A stretch of DNA of 64,000 bases, taken from contig JAUCBJ010007760.1 of the NCBI GenBank assembly GCA_032718475.1, forward strand, positions 43,504 through 107,503. Direction: 5' to 3'. This stretch comes from Nemertoderma westbladi (lineage: Eukaryota > Animalia > Xenacoelomorpha). The position numbers and the translations under genes are program-made. Positions 62,501 through 64,000 of this stretch are shown in pieces; position 1 is the first letter of the stretch, and every line of letters starts with the position of its first letter. The notes below the pieces were generated by a model. That model worked only from the letters and a program-made list of their open reading frames with translations. It searched no databases and was not told the origin of the DNA.

Positions 62501-64000
62501 CTTGTGTACACACAATTATTCATGTTGCCGCCATTTACTTCACTTGTGTCACACAATTATTCATGTTGCCGCCATTTACTTCACTTGTGTCACACAATTA
62601 TTCATGTTGCCGCCATTTACTTCACTTATGTACACACAATTATTCATGTTGCCGCCATTTACTTCACTTGTGTCACACAATTATTCATGTTGCCGCCATT
62701 TACTTCACTTGTGTACACACAATTATTCATGTTGCCGCCATTTACTTCACATGTGTCACACAATTATTCATGTTGCCGCCATTTACTTCACTTATGTACA
62801 CACAATTATTCATGTTGCCGCCATTTACTTCACTTATGTACACACAATTATTCATGTTGCCGCCATTTACTTCACTTGTGTCACACAATTATTCATGTTG
62901 CCGCCATTTACTTCACTTGTGTCACACAATTATTCATGTTGCCGCCATTTACTTCACTTGTGTACACACAATTATTCATGTTGCCGCCATTTACTTCACT
63001 TGTGTACACACAATTATTCATGTTGCCGCCATTTACTTCACTTATGTACACACAATTATTCATGTTGCCGCCATTTACTTCACTTGTGTCACACAATTAT
63101 TCATGTTGCCGCCATTTACTTCACTTGTGTCACACAATTATTCATGTTGCCGCCATTTACTTCACTTGTGTACACACAATTATTCATGTTGCCGCCATTT
63201 ACTTCACTTGTGTACACACAATTATTCATGTTGCCGCCATTTACTTCACTTGTGTCACACAATTATTCATGTTGCCGCCATTTACTTCACTTGTGTCACA
63301 CAATTATTCATGTTGCCGCCATTTACTTCACTTATGTACACACAATTATTCATGTTGCCGCCATTTACTTCACTTGTGTCACACAATTATTCATGTTGCC
63401 GCCATTTACTTCACTTATGTACACACAATTATTCATGTTGCCGCCATTTACTTCACTTGTGTCACACAATTATTCATGTTGCCGCCATTTACTTCACTTA
63501 TGTACACACAATTATTCATGTTGCCGCCATTTACTTCACTTGTGTCACACAATTATTCATGTTGCCGCCATTTACTTCACTTATGTACACACAATTATTC
63601 ATGTTGCCGCCATTTACTTCACTTGTGTCACACAATTATTCATGTTGCCGCCATTTACTTCACTTATGTACACACAATTATTCATGTTGCCGCCATTTAC
63701 TTCACTTGTGTCACACAATTATTCATGTTGCCGCCATTTACTTCACTTATGTACACACAATTATTCATGTTGCCGCCATTTACTTCACTTGTGTCACACA
63801 ATTATTCATGTTGCCGCCATTTACTTCACTTGTGTCACACAATTATTCATGTTGCCGCCATTTACTTCACTTGTGTCACACAATTATTCATGTTGCCGCC
63901 ATTTACTTCACTTGTGTACACACAATTATTCATGTTGCCGCCATTTACTTCACTTGTGTCACACAATTATTCATGTTGCCGCCATTTACTTCACATGTGT
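53530..64000. repeat. 41/42-bp satellite array extending past the window end
   Basis: Unit CACAATTATTCATGTTGCCGCCATTTACTTCACTTGTGT(C|AC)A, roughly 250 copies. Confidence 0.98.

Overview
This is a eukaryotic (probably invertebrate animal) repeat-dense region with no recognisable host gene. It contains several non-LTR retrotransposons: an APE-type LINE whose ~1557-aa ORF1 carries CXC-like and Ulp1-like domains, two RTE families, and one degenerate LINE. It also holds piggyBac-like MITEs, a tRNA-derived SINE, an array built from an RTE 3' end, and >10 kb of 41/42-bp satellite. The main content is a family of BEL/Pao LTR retrotransposons with ~1.2-kb LTRs and 5-bp TSDs: two solo LTRs, a 15.9-kb full-length defective copy (23859-39773) and an 11.8-kb internally deleted copy (39904-51733). 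Best candidate for an undescribed system: neither proviral copy has a tRNA-type (TGG) primer-binding site. Instead, the 11-13 nt abutting the 5' LTR are perfectly complementary to a segment ~755 nt upstream inside the same LTR, and the two segments change together between the copies. This points to Tf1-like self-primed reverse transcription in BEL/Pao. It comes with a conserved, covarying RNA structure at the U5 end and a 3' accessory zinc-knuckle ORF where env would be. All alignments and folds were done by eye, and novelty could not be checked against databases.
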